DNA of 63,680 bases, filler included, from Folioceros fuciformis (GCA_049999805.1; 11 parts of 11 records of this genome joined end to end with filler, not necessarily neighbours in it); one strand, 5' to 3'; shown: positions 36,098 to 48,629, counted from the whole stretch's first letter. Notes: a model not told the origin generated them from the letters alone. Made by a program: numbers and translations.

Positions 36098-36923
36098 NNN
36101 NNNNNNNNNNNNNNNNNNNNNNNNNNNNNNNNNNNNNNNNNTTAATTAATTAANNNNNNNNNNNNNNNNNNNNNNNNNNNNNNNNNNNNNNNNNNNNATC
36201 ATATATAATTGTTGCAACTCAGCACGACGTAATTTGCGCACTTCTTCTCTAGTCATCATGCAAGTATATATGCTTTCTTGTACTTTCATATGCTCTGGAA
36301 TATAAAAATATATATATCAAATTTAATGTCTCCAAGTTTCAATGTAACATATCTATAGAAAAGTTATAAATTAAGTTCATATTCTACTTAATACTTTTTT
36401 TATGAAATTCTTCTTCTACATAATCCATATCCATGGAAAAAGTGTCACTTGGAACATCAATAGATACATCATCACATATTCCCCATCCGTGAAGCTCAAA
36501 ACTTTGTTCATAATTACAACATTGCTTAGGATTCTTCAACATTACTCTAGGCCCTTGTTTCATGCATGTTTCAATACTCTCCATATCCATAATTCTTACA
36601 TATACACACAAGATTTCTTTTTTATACTATATTAGTGGAGATGAAATCACTCATTTCTTCTCATCCTACATACATAGCATATAAAATCTGTAAGAAGACA
36701 AGATGATATGTATGGCATACCAAACCAGAGACAGGGGTATCGCAGAAATTTTAACCTAAATTTTAACGGGCAGCAACTACAGGAACGGAAACATTCTGTA
36801 TATTCCTACAGTAATACGGTTGGGCGGAAACAAAACTCGTATTGCGGAGCGGAAACAGAAACGAAGATTCGCGAGACCATCCTGGGGCTGGGGGGAAACT
36901 CAATCCTAGAACGTGATCGAGCC

Positions 36924-39199
36924 CTAATCCACGTTGGAAGTCGCAACGTCAGGTTTCCCACCCAGCAGGAAATTATAGACCTGCTTCAAATTACCGCGGG
37001 TCGGTCGTGCATGTGTGTGGAAACCTGATACAAATGCTAAACATTGCCTCACATCTGATCTCGATATGGCACCTGAGAACGGAGCTCTTTCATAGCCGGA
37101 CACTCCTGTGACAGGGGGCAGCGCCAGAGGTACATATTAGAAACATGCCGTCTGCAAACAACGTGCGGAATCCCATGTCTGAGAAACATTTCACATGTAC
37201 CTGTAGACCTGAAGCATGAGAGGAGGATCGCCAAACATACGCACACGGAGATATCTTCTCCTGCATCCAGACCAGCTTATCTCAACCACTTAACCTCAAC
37301 GTCGGTGTTCACGGAAAATAGCTGGGGTTTAAGTAGTGTCACCGGTAGAACATAGAATGAGGACTGTTTGACCCTCATCTAATTTCTGTCTGGCAAAGAC
37401 AACCGCTGCTGGGACCAAGTTTTGCAGACTGTGCCTTCCACGTTTCGAGTCCTAATGGAACCAAGGTCAGTTCGTGCAGGCTTTTAACCGTCTTAACAAC
37501 CTCACCACTGTTCAAACTCACCATTATTTGCAAACCCAGGTTCTTGGATCCACAGTCTGCGACTGACGCGGCACAGTTTATGACGCAGCCAAACACCTCT
37601 ATAACTGCTTTTCTTAATCCTGAAATCATGTGTTCCCATAACCGATCAGGGACCAAGGTCAGAGACACACACATCACTTCAAAAGAACCAAAGTGCAAAA
37701 GGAGGAAGTGCTTACCAGTGTCGACGCTGCTTATAGCTAGCCCAGTTGCACCAATGCGGTATACGCCTTCAATTCCAGGAGACTGTTGACAAGAATTCAC
37801 ACAGCTAGACGAATCGTTCTCCTGAACCAGAGAATTGGCCCCTATCTGTGCTGCCTCTACACTTCGGAATGCTTTTCTCACTCGATCATTTTCTACAATA
37901 TCTGCAGCTTTTTTCCTACACCCTTGCGGACCACAGCTTATGATCTCATATGCATGTCTCCAAAAAAGCGGGGCAGATAAGCCCCGTGCCCAGCTCTCTT
38001 CGTCATCACCAGCCCCAGGTATGTAAGTCCAACTCAAGTCTCCATCGCTCATTCTGATTGGAGAAGATATCGGACGGGAAGCTGAAATAAGGATTATTGG
38101 GGTAAACGACCAAGAACTTGCATCTGGAACCTCATTCAGCCATATGACGGACTTTTGAGAAATCCAAAGTGGCTGCAGCGGTTTTTTCAACGAAACAACA
38201 AGGGGACCAAGGTCTACACCTACATCCTTGAGATTTTGAACCCACTCATGAATGTGATCCTCAATAGTTACTTTCTCTGTCTCAGATACCCACAGAGGGA
38301 GATGCAACGAGCAATCCCAGTTCTCATAGCCACTACCTCCATCTTTCTCCATCTTCGATTTCCGCAACTGAGCGACTACTCGATTTATAACGCACGCCCA
38401 TATAGGTATGGTTTTGGACATGCTATCCGGGAAGCGCTTCCCTTTGCGAGTAGCATCCACAATGATGCAACCTCCTCTCTCAGCTGCACATCGACAGGGA
38501 CCTCAGGCTCATGCACAAGGAAATCAACATCTTCACCTATTAACTAACTGAGTTAAACCAATGAGAGACAACCACTCTCCACTGTCCAGACCCACCACCA
38601 AAAGAGCGTCAAAAGTCTAAGAGGGCAGAACCTGCAAGGAATGCAACATGTGTGTTCAGACGGGTGGTGCTGAAGGACCACTTCCCAGTGTGCCCGTCAG
38701 TGGACTTGAAGTAACATACACCATCGAACTGTGTACTGTACCACAACCCACACCTTAAATTCGCTAGAACAGGGAGCGTTGGCCACAACGAGCTGATTTC
38801 CCGGACAAAACGTGAATCCTCATAAATTGAACTCAGGGCATTGTAGAGTGAGTTCTCGCTTTTCTTAATCCGACGGCATAGTTTGTGGATACTTTCAATA
38901 GAATCTTCTGCATGCAGGTCAACTTCATGGGTGACACCAGATGCATTCAGTTTCTCCTCACGTTCCCTTGACTGGTACAACAAGCACAGTAGAACCAGCC
39001 TCAGCTGCTAAGCTCATAATAGAAGAGCAACCAGCTCCCAGAATGAACGCAGGTCTTCCGTATCGACAGGGGAAAAATGACATCACTGGCATACCTCAAG
39101 ATCTGAAAACCCTGGGATGTTGTTTGCTTCACCATCGCGACCTTGGACAGGCACTTTGAATTCGGTCGCGTCCGCCAGTTCTTTTTGGGGGGCTACCAT
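36924..39199 (-). CDS. RIT1: Initiator tRNA A64 2'-O-phosphoribosyl transferase, multi-exon; proposed start in a dienelactone hydrolase-derived exon
   Basis: ANLRCGLWY, CYFKSTDGH, GGCIIVDATRKGKRFPDSMSKTIPIW, YIPGAGDDEESWARGL, GEDISVCVCLAIL, ARPTRGNLKQV; exons joined by GT-AG; start position inferred. Confidence 0.9.
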
Positions 39200-39666
39200 G
39201 ACACCCACTTCACCAGGAGGGCACTCGCCAGGGTCAAAGCACAACCCCTGCAGAATCGTGGCAGTATCACCTGCGTTCGGACAGGTCACTTATTTCATTT
39301 AGCGGGTCGACTCCTTCAAGTAGTGAACCAATCGAGACACTCCATCTGAGACACAGCGGCCCACCTTGGACGAGCCGTGCTTGTTGAGCCAATTGACAGA
39401 GGCAAGAATCTCCTCCACATCCCCAGGCCAGTTAAGCAAGTTCATCAAGTTCTGGGCAGCCTCACGTAGTACAAGTGTACCACAGTAGAAACTGCATCCA
39501 TAGCGCCTCCTGTTGAGCAACCACGAACCAGGACCGCAAAGGTAATGCGTTCGTCAAAAGGAGGCATACTTTGAGATGATAGTGCGGAGCCCTTCCCGGC
39601 CCCGAACACAGCAGCATGATTCTTCACCTCGCAGTCAACTCCCAGGCGTATCTGAAACAACTTCAC
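38915..39666 (-). pseudogene. Dienelactone hydrolase (At2g32520-like) pseudogene overlapping the RIT1 5' end
   Basis: GVDCEVKNHA, EAAQNLMNLLNWPGDVEEILASVNWLNKHGSSK, RFCRGCALTLAS (degenerate GFCMGGAL), ELADATEFKVPVQG...GFSD, EEKLNASGVTHEV; introns retained; frameshifts. Confidence 0.8.
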
Positions 39667-40849
39667 CTGCAAGGCGCCTGTATGAAGGTGGAGATGCGGT
39701 CAATCCGTAAGGCACTTTGCAGAAACAGAACACACGACCCTCATCATTAGTTCAGTACACCACTTTGCCGTTCGTCTCGCTCAACTGTCGACTTCTCAAA
39801 GTCTGGCCCAAGCTCTCGATTGGAAGGTGGTGCTAGGGGCCAACTTCACAGGGCACACCAGCCACTGGAGTCAGTGATACCCTGCCGCAACAGCACCAGC
39901 TGAAATTGATGCTTGCAGCCGAACGTTTGCGCTGATGGTTAGGCGGCCCCACTGCTAACCTGATATGCACACCGCTGACTGGAGTAAGGTCGATTTCGCG
40001 CAAGCCTACGCCTAAACCTGGACCCAAGACTCACTTAAACACAAATGATATTTGTCTTTAAGTGGCACATACCACAAATTTGGGCTCTTGTAAAAGAGTC
40101 CCCTCATGTCGCTTGGGGTGACAAGATTAAGTATCCCTAGCTTCATCTCGAGTCAAATACTGGGTTGTTGGTAACCTTTTTTTCCTTTTCTATGCTTGTA
40201 GTTTTTCCTAGTGTCATGAAATCCTATGCTTTATTTGTTTTCACAAGCGATGTTCCCAAATACCCAACAATTATGAAGCTATGTGCTCTCCGCAATCACT
40301 TTTCAAGAAGCAATGTTAAATACAGTGTTAGAAGTTCAACTTGTAACACTAGCACCTTGTTTAACCCAATGTGTCTCTAGAATCGCACAACAATGCAAGG
40401 ACAAGTTGGAGGCCATGCTAATATATTGATAGTTGATTAAGATGATGATTACTAGCAAGAGATTCCACATGGTAAGGTAACTATTGGCATATGGACCATA
40501 AATCCAAAGCAACCTTGAGCTTGCCTACAAACTTCTACATATCAATGTATAAGAACATCCTGGCATGCTTGCTATGGTCATGACAAGGTTGTCAACCTAG
40601 ATGTGTCATGAAGCTGACCACCGATTAGGTAAGAAGCCCTTAGCCAATATTGTGTAGAATAAGAACAACAAATCCATTTCCCAAAGTAATGCTAGGATGA
40701 ATGAATCTAACTTAACTAGATATTTCACAAACTAGCTTAGAACTAGCTAGCGGTTATCATAACTAACTAGCTTCTAGGGTTTACCAAGGTTGCCCTAGGT
40801 ATATTCAATGTAGCTTAACTAATAATTAATATTATTTAACAATCTTGTC

Positions 40850-41900
40850 AAAGGTTCCCATATCTACTAACATATTCAAAATTCAAGTATGCGAACAACA
40901 GTTGGTACTTGTTCTCCCTGCACGTATTATCTAATTGCAAGTACAAAACCTTTGGCAAGACTCCTTCATAATTGTTATATCACGTCCTGGATGACACACA
41001 TTGTTAGATTTGTATCATTCCTCAAATTTGCATAATACAAAAAAATAGTAGCTTTGAACACATAGACCATGCAACCCACAACATGAACAGAGATGCAACT
41101 ATCCTTACTAAGGTTACGTAGGAAGTGGGGCAACTCAATCTTCTTTTGATCCATACCTAAATTGCTAGCATGAGATACTTGTGTGGGTACACATAGCTTT
41201 TGCTCCAATGCTTGGACATCTTCTCCTACTCAGCGCTCAAACAGTCCCTATGCACATCCAAAGCGGCTTGGTACTTCTCTACATGAAGCACGTAATACTT
41301 AAGGTGAGAGCTACTGTGCAAGAAAAAGACTAACACCGAAGGTTTCAACCCTACATACCCCCATCATCCATATGGACCATGCCGGTGTATGAGTGTCTGC
41401 ATTCACTTTGAAGGCTTGGTGGGCATCACATCAGCAGTGGGTCAACGACGACATTACATAAATGACATAGACACTGACATGACATTACCGTATGGAGAAA
41501 AATATCTCTAAGACCCACTGAACATCCATACCCAAATTCATGACCCATCACAACAATTGGGCGTGGCAACCCTGCTCTCATCAAGTTCATGACCTTTAGG
41601 GCATGCTTGTTTTTCACATTGTGTACAATAGCAAAACTTCAATCAATAAATAGGATTTTGACTTTCTGCATAACCTGTTCAATCCTTGGGGTCGGAATAT
41701 GAGGTTTGAGAGAAAAGGTCAAACAATGCAATGAAGGAGCCAACAAGAAGGCAAACCATAGAGTTCAAGAATCACCTTCTTCCGCCTTAGTTGTTGTGTT
41801 CTTTATGGTGGCCTTCAAGCCAACACAAATCGCACATGTCGGGAAGCGATTGGACTTCGAGATTGAAGTGCACCTTCCACAATTTCAAGAACCAGTGTTG
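40850..41900 (-). mobile_element. DUF7869/Sola-like transposase remnant, another copy
   Basis: GMDQKKIELPHF, VHVVGCMVY, NDTNLT, LPKVLYLQLDNTCRENK. Confidence 0.75.
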
Positions 41901-42040
41901 AGAGTAAAAGCCAACACATAGTCTAAGTAACGTTAGGGTTNNNNNNNNNNNNNNNNNNNNNNNNNNNNNNNNNNNNNNNNNNNNTTAATTAATTAANNNN
42001 NNNNNNNNNNNNNNNNNNNNNNNNNNNNNNNNNNNNNNNN

Positions 42041-43440
42041 GGTTCACACGTGGCCAAGTGGTACAAGCGGGAGTACCTCAAGTCATCCACTCCACCAACC
42101 ACCTTCGATGCAATCAAAATAGCTTTCTGTGAAAGGTTCCAAGGCATGGACGTAGAAGGGTGAGTTATGTCCAAACTTGAGAGGCTGCGGCGGAGGCAGA
42201 AGAAAACACTGCATGCTTACGCAGAACGGTTCCACAGCCTACCGGACCATGCCGGTTGTCACTCCGAACTCATGGCCATACGTTGGTTTGCTAGAGGCCT
42301 AGGCACGGCAATGGGAAAGCATGTGCATTTGCAGGTAGAAAAGGATTTGGAACGAGCGATACGGGTCGCGCTGAATCATGAGGAGTCCAATGCAGAAGAA
42401 AGGAAGAAATCGCAAAAGGAGGAGAGGAAAAATTGTGAGGGTAAGAAGAAAGATTAGAGGAGGAAGAAAAAGAAGTATTCGTCGTCCTCGAAGGATGATT
42501 CGACGGAGGAGGAAAACTCCTCCAGGGATTTTTCAGACAGTTCTTGAGCACAGGATCTTCCCAGTTCTGAGGAGGAGTCATCCGGCGACGAGCGGAGTCG
42601 GAAGAAAAAAAGAAGTTGTTAAAGGCCAGGTTGGAACGAAAGCGCCACCCCAAGAGCAAGGAGCTGGTGAAAGTGAAGTAGGAGGTTGTAATCGCAAGGA
42701 GGGACGCTGAACAAGTGAGGAAGGAGGTGGAGTTGGGAGCCAAGAAGGCAGAACAACAGGGAAACAAGATGGAAGAGATGATGGCCAAATTGAAAAAAAT
42801 TCCACATCAATGTGGTGAAGGACCATGAGAGGCGGAGAGTCGCGACATGAGGCTGAGCAAACCTTTACTGCTCAACTTGAGGCCAATAAGGACACTTGAG
42901 AGCGAGTTGTCTGCGGGTGAAGGTACAGATGATGGACTACGAGGAGGGAGAGGAGGAAATGTACCTGGAGGATACCTACCAGATCCAGGAAGAAGCATCG
43001 ATATTAGGATATCCAAAGACCTTGTATCCTCCAAACCTACAAAACTCTGCGACCATGGGAATGCGAAATCAAGTGGCAAGGAACTTTGGACAATTAACCA
43101 CCATCCAGTGCCACAATTGCCGGGGGTTCGAGCACTTTGCAGGCAGTTGCCCCTCAGCAACGTGACAGGGAAATGGCGATTATGAGAGACTATGCATGGA
43201 CTACAAGCAGTCGGGACATGTCACTGATAGTGTCCTCTATTCGGTGCCAAAGAAGCATGTAAAGATTGCTCAAACTCCGGTGACAGTGATCCAACAATCT
43301 GGGACGAATGCAGCACCTACGACACAAGTGGAGGATGCACTCATGGCAATAAGGGAGGACGCTGAAGCTAGCATGCTGAGGGAACTGGAAGGATTGGGGA
43401 ATCTGGATGAGGAATATTATGAGGAGGCACCCGCTATGGC
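42041..43440 (+). mobile_element. Ty3/Gypsy-type gag remnant
   Basis: AKWY...FDAIKIAFCERF...YAERF...WFARGL; Zn knuckle CHNCRGFEHFAGSC; frameshifts. Confidence 0.7.
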
Positions 43441-43758
43441 TGTCCTAAAGAAGTATCGAAGAGTAGTCTAGGGTAGCCACCTGGATAGCTAAATAGGAAA
43501 ACAACCTAATTACTTATTTATATATATTCATAAATAGTCCTAGATATTAATAGTCACGTGAACGTAAACTCCAACGGTTGTAACCGTCAGCCGCATGCTA
43601 TGTAAATGTCTGATTCATAGTAAAATGCATCTTTGATGAATTCTAAATGGTATCAGAGCTGGTTCTACATTGATTGGCGATCAGATGGTGTTTTCACGCA
43701 CCATTGCTGAGCGGACCGCGCTTACAAACAAGACAGTTCAAGAAGCTTGGGAAGATCA
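43441..43758 (+). mobile_element. 5' LTR (~43441-43647), tRNA-iMet PBS and leader of an LTR element inserted in the Gypsy gag
   Basis: TG start, AT-rich body, TGGTATCAGAGC at 43648-43659; terminal CA not intact. Confidence 0.6.
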
Positions 43759-43918
43759 TGACACGAATTAGAGAACACACACAAACATGTACTCAACAGA
43801 ATGATTAATTAAATTAATGAACAAAATTGCGTCTTATATACTGTGTTAAATATAAACCCTAATCGTTAACTATGTGAGGTTAACTAACCAAGAGTAACAA
43901 ACTCTAACACCCCCTCTT
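43759..43918 (-). repeat. PPT and short 3' LTR (151 bp) of a minus-strand, probably Copia, element
   Basis: Minus strand TTAAGAGGGGG-TGTTAGAG...CGTGTCA; junction nearly identical to that of Copia element 1. Confidence 0.7.
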
Positions 43919-44106
43919 AACCGAACAAGTTAACGGAATGGGGTTCTTAAAAACGGGGTCATAGGGTTACACTCCCGTCATCGCTGTGGTCTTCAGGCGT
44001 AAAGGCCAGAACAGGCAAGCAGAGCGTGAGTGACTGTTGAGCTGAAGACCGGACGATCTCGAGCGTAAGCGAGGAGAACGAGAGCCGTCCAGCTGTGCGG
44101 GGAGCC

Positions 44107-44458
44107 ATGGAGATAAATACTGAGCTTGCGCTCACAGTCCTGTGTGTCGTCATAGCTACCAGCATCGCCACTGGGTGCAAGGTGGAGGCTTGGCGCAAGC
44201 GAAACCGGGCTATCAGAGATGGCGTCAAGGCTGGGTCAGACCCGTTCCTGAACAGAATGGTCGACCCCAGCCCGTATAGGGCTGTGGAGAGAGCTCGGCA
44301 CCCGGATGGCTGGCCTACTCAGGCAGACCGCAACTTGGTAGGACACCTGTCACTGACGCTGAAGAAGATGGAGGAGCTCGACGGCATCCTGCAGTCTGCT
44401 AAGCTGAGATCGATAGAGCTGGAAGACTTGTGCAGGACGATCCCTCCTCGTGAGCCAA
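44107..44458 (+). CDS. Antisense ORF in the 3' region of the minus-strand LTR element, N-terminal hydrophobic segment, truncated
   Basis: GCCATGG start context; LALTVLCVVIATSIATG then a basic patch and heptads; open to the contig end. Confidence 0.4.
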
Positions 44459-44558
44459 NNNNNNNNNNNNNNNNNNNNNNNNNNNNNNNNNNNNNNNNNN
44501 NNTTAATTAATTAANNNNNNNNNNNNNNNNNNNNNNNNNNNNNNNNNNNNNNNNNNNN

Positions 44559-46253
44559 AGTGGGAGTGGGATTGGGATTGGGAATGGCATTTCGCGCTTC
44601 TTTCACAACGAGCTTGGGATGACGAGGGAGGCTATTTCCGTGTCTTGCGGGCTTCCTCTCATGACCGCCAGGCAGCCGGGGAGCCGGCGGTGCCGGACGC
44701 TTAAGAAGACACAGCGCAGGCAGCAGCTTTTGCAGCGGGATTTCGGGTCGTGTCGGTTGTCGAAGGAGGGAGGCACGCCGGCTTACATCGCGGCCAGGCC
44801 GCGGCACAGGAGGAAGGCGTCGGAGGATTCCACCGACATGCTGCTTGAGAGCGGCGGGGAGAGGGAGAGTCGACACGATGTCTCGCCGCAGGAGATGTCG
44901 GATTGTCGGATAGGGAGGAGGAAGAGCAAATCGTCCAGAATGCTGGACGTGGTGGTGGAGCCTAAATTGACCAGATCCGCGTCTAGGAGGGAGGGATCGA
45001 GTGTGAGGAAGACTGTGCGGATGCACGGGTCTGCGAGAGTGGCGCTCGCTCCCTTCTCGCCCGACCTGCTGGTGGAGGGGTCGCCTCCCGCCAAGGGGAG
45101 TAGGAGCAAAAGTCGGTGGTACGGAGATGAGGCTGAGGCCAGCGAGAAGGGCGTGCCCGTGAATGCTGGGGAGAAGGACGTGGCTGCGGACGGAGTGGAA
45201 GATGTGGCGGTGTGCAGTCCAGAGGCCATCGCTGCTGGGAGAGTATCCGCTGTGTCCAACAGCAGCAGCAGCAGCAGCTCGTTCTCGGGACGGCCTAGCA
45301 CCAGCAGCCCGTTCAGGGCCCCGGAGTTGAGCCGTTTGCTTATCTCCATTGGCCTGCCGGACGAGGCAAGCAGAGGTGCGGGTGCTGCCTCCTCTCTCAA
45401 GAATTCTCCCCGGGAAGATGTCAGAAACTCCACGTTCATGTCCTCGTCTGAGAGGACGCCGGAGGCGGAGCAGAAGCCGTCGAAAGCCTCTCCTCCGGTG
45501 AATCTTGAGGAGTTGCGGAAGTCACTTATTGCGGAGAGGGCTGCCCGGCAGCAGTTCAAGGGATTGGTTTTCAGAGATACTCCTCTCTACGATCCAGCAA
45601 AGAAAGAATTAATGTCGCCTAGGCTGAGAGGCGAGTCTCCTGGGCTTAGCGACCTGCACAGGGAGTCGACGAGATTGAGGGAATCGCCAACGGAGTCGTT
45701 GAGAAGGAGAGAGCTGCCAGGGGAATCTGTGTCACGAAGAGCAGTGAGTGATTTGCAAAGAGAGTCTGTGTCGCCAAGAATAGTGCGTGACCTTCAAAGG
45801 GATTCTCCAAGACCGAAAGCGGCTGTCTCTCCGAAGTTCGGAATGGCAGAGCGATTGGACACAGCCGCAGGGTCTGGGAAGGCGGCTGAACCTCAGCCCT
45901 ATCATATTGTGTTCGAGAAGATTAATCGACAGGCTCTGCAGGATAGCCAGACGAGCGCCGAGGCCCAGCAGCATACCAGGATGGTTCAAAGAGGATTGAT
46001 TCCCACCAACCCGGGCATGAAGCCAGGCTCGTCTTCTTCACGAGTCCTGCCCTTCATGAAATCTGACACCGAGGAAGATGCAGAGGTCGACAAGAAGCCG
46101 TGTGACAGAGAGGGTGTGACTACATCACCCCTGACAGCCGCAGGCAGATCCTCCTCTAAGAAGTCGCCACGCAGCGAGCCTTCGGGGGTTTCGTTGGCTT
46201 GCTCCCGACCCATGTGGACAAAATTCAAGGGCCATGGAACGCTTGCCAGATGA
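44559..46253 (+). CDS. Unknown Ser/Arg/Pro-rich protein (at least 544 aa; frame open to the contig start)
   Basis: 1.7-kb uninterrupted ORF, convergent with RabC; no recognised domain. Confidence 0.6.
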   Translation, partial: SGSGIGIGNGISRFFHNELGMTREAISVSCGLPLMTARQPGSRRCRTLKKTQRRQQLLQRDFGSCRLSKEGGTPAYIAARPRHRRKASEDSTDMLLESGGERESRHDVSPQEMSDCRIGRRKSKSSRMLDVVVEPKLTRSASRREGSSVRKTVRMHGSARVALAPFSPDLLVEGSPPAKGSRSKSRWYGDEAEASEKGVPVNAGEKDVAADGVEDVAVCSPEAIAAGRVSAVSNSSSSSSSFSGRPSTSSPFRAPELSRLLISIGLPDEASRGAGAASSLKNSPREDVRNSTFMSSSERTPEAEQKPSKASPPVNLEELRKSLIAERAARQQFKGLVFRDTPLYDPAKKELMSPRLRGESPGLSDLHRESTRLRESPTESLRRRELPGESVSRRAVSDLQRESVSPRIVRDLQRDSPRPKAAVSPKFGMAERLDTAAGSGKAAEPQPYHIVFEKINRQALQDSQTSAEAQQHTRMVQRGLIPTNPGMKPGSSSSRVLPFMKSDTEEDAEVDKKPCDREGVTTSPLTAAGRSSSKKSPRSEPSGVSLACSRPMWTKFKGHGTLAR

Positions 46254-46671
46254 CGCATCGCGAGCAGAGACTGTTATAGACGGGATTGTGCCATACCCGG
46301 CGTGTATTTCTAATTGTTATATTATATACATTGAAACATCTAGTCATGCCATAATGCAACAGGTCTCGGTTTCCACCCTCCGTTGTACAGCGTCGAACCT
46401 GCCAAAAAATCCATGTTGGAGAACGGAGCAAGCTTGCTCTTGTTCAACCACAGATCTGGTCCTCCAAAAATCTGCAGAAAGTCTTCTCCTTCACCCATTT
46501 CCCAACCTCAAGGATCGCACACAGAGCAAACCTCTTATTCTAAAAATCGGTCCCTGGCCCTTGCGAAACTGCCGAGCCCATACTTTTAGGCAGCCGATGC
46601 AGAAAAAATAGCCGTACCGCCAGCGAGAGGAAAACATGGAGCTCTGGAAGCTGTCCAAGGTACAACACAAT

Positions 46672-47820
46672 TTAACAGGCGCAGCCAGTGCCCGGTTGGG
46701 CTGTGGTAGTCTGTGCAGAGCCTGGTGAAAGAACACTCTTCTTGTACCCCGTCGTGTCAACTAACAAACTAGGCGTGTCCAAAATCTGTTACATGAGAAG
46801 AGGGCGAGTCACTAGGCAGGTCTGACAATCGAACATTGCAACAGGCCTGGCAGCTGAGCAACACAGGAAGCAAAAGTCACCTTTTGCACAAGCTCTTCAA
46901 AACATTGTTGCACGTTGATGCGAGTTTTAGCACTGCACTCGAGAAACAGACATCCGTGCTGCCTGGCAAAATCCACACCTTCCTGCTTGGACACAAGGCG
47001 TTCTGCATCCTGCACAAAGAGGTACGATGTGACGATAGCTATAAGATTCTGGATCACAGACGTTCAGCTCATCCTCCATCCTCAAGGGCTTCATTTTACC
47101 ACCCACCCTGTCCACTTTGTTGCCGACCAACATCTTAATGCAATCGGGGTTGGTGGAGTAAAGATCCACTTCCTTCAACCAAACGTCCGAAAGATCTGTA
47201 AACGTCTCCCGACGCGTCACGTCATACACTGCACAACAAAAGCTAGGGTTGAGCCAAGCAGAATAGGGCATACTGCTCCAACCCTGAACCAACCTGAGGG
47301 GTTTCCAAGCCCGGCAGCAGCAAAACCTCAGTTCAACAGCAACCTAAGATGATGCCCTGCGCTCCCCTGTAGTAGGAACTGGTGAGCGTCCGAAACCTCT
47401 CCTGCCCGGCTGCACCCACCCACGAGACAGCAAAGGCCGCATGAGTCTCCAAACCTGAAACCATGAGCCAAGCCCCAAGCCCCGGGCTGCGAGCCGGCAA
47501 ACCTACCTGTATCCCAAATTGTGAGCTTCAGTCTCTTCCCACTCAGGGCCATCAACTTGAGCTTGAAATCCACACCTGCCGTATAGGATATCCCACAGCT
47601 CAGCGGCCCGTCTCCTCCCAGTCCAGCCTACCACCAAAATCAAGCAAGCTAGGCAGAGAAGCGGGCAGCGACGGCGATGGCAAGTACCGATGGTGGGAGC
47701 CAAATCGTCGAAGGTGTCAGCGGTGAAGCGAAGCAGCAGGCTGCTCTTTCCCACGCCCGAGTCCCCGATAAGCAGCAGCTTGAAGAGGTGGTCGAATTCG
47801 GCACTGCCCGGCGCGGCCAT
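46672..47820 (-). CDS. RABC1: RabC/Rab18-type small GTPase, 6 exons
   Basis: [50 protein letters not shown]-terminal CAC prenylation motif. Confidence 0.95.
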
Positions 47821-48629
47821 AGAAACGGCACGGGCACGGTACTGATGCCGGGAAATTGGGTGGATACAGGCCTAAAGAGCTGGCTTGTGGCTGGCTGGCG
47901 TGCAGGGCCTCAGTGCCCCGATCTAAGACCTTTGCAGCCGTGACACTGTGACGACCCACCCGCTGGACGCTCCTCGCCCGAGGCTGTTCTCCGTGTTGGC
48001 AGCGCTCCTTCGTTTACGTGTCGTGCAAACGGACGTCCGTCTTAGAATCGGCTCTAGTTACGCTTGCTTGCACCCGCGTTCCTTCAAATAACAGGAAAGT
48101 TCCAGAGAAGAGGACTCGTAATTTTACTACATAACTAACCATATTAAAGCCCTCCCCCGGCCCTGGGTATAACCCAAACCGGGCCTCCGGTTGCAACATC
48201 CATTCATAAATTTCAAGATCTAATCTGAAAGGCTTTAATTGTTTGGTTGATCTTTTAATTATATCTTTGAAATATTATTATAATTTTCTTATGCCTTTTT
48301 CAAAGGCTGTTTGTGTGTCATCGTAAATGCTATAATCTTGGTCTTGTTCATGCTTCTCTACACCCTTTCTATTCCACATCAAATTTTGATTATCCCACAT
48401 CCCATGCGTTTAGTGTAGCAATGAACAAGCATAATGAATAGAAGATCATGCACACCAATGTACTTGTAAGTAAATTTTAAAAATATTTGGTATAATAAAA
48501 GTATGAATTTTATTTTAAATTCTTCAACTTGTTCAGAATTAGGGAACCCAAAATGCTCGCACTTCTCTTTATATGACAAAAATGCTTTTCGTATGGCCTT
48601 CTCCACTATTATGCTTGGCATGTCACCAA

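Noticed and set aside
36198-36700. AT-rich decayed coding-like sequence, possibly a DNA transposon
   Set aside because: No diagnostic motif recognised
40089-40841. Possible solo LTR (TG...CA) truncating the DUF7869 remnant
   Set aside because: Flanks GCTCT and ATCTT do not form a TSD; no PBS or PPT seen
27083-47820. Functional cluster of a RabGAP and a Rab GTPase, or of RIT1 with tRNA-iMet-primed retroelements
   Set aside because: Different contigs; proximity is a concatenation artefact
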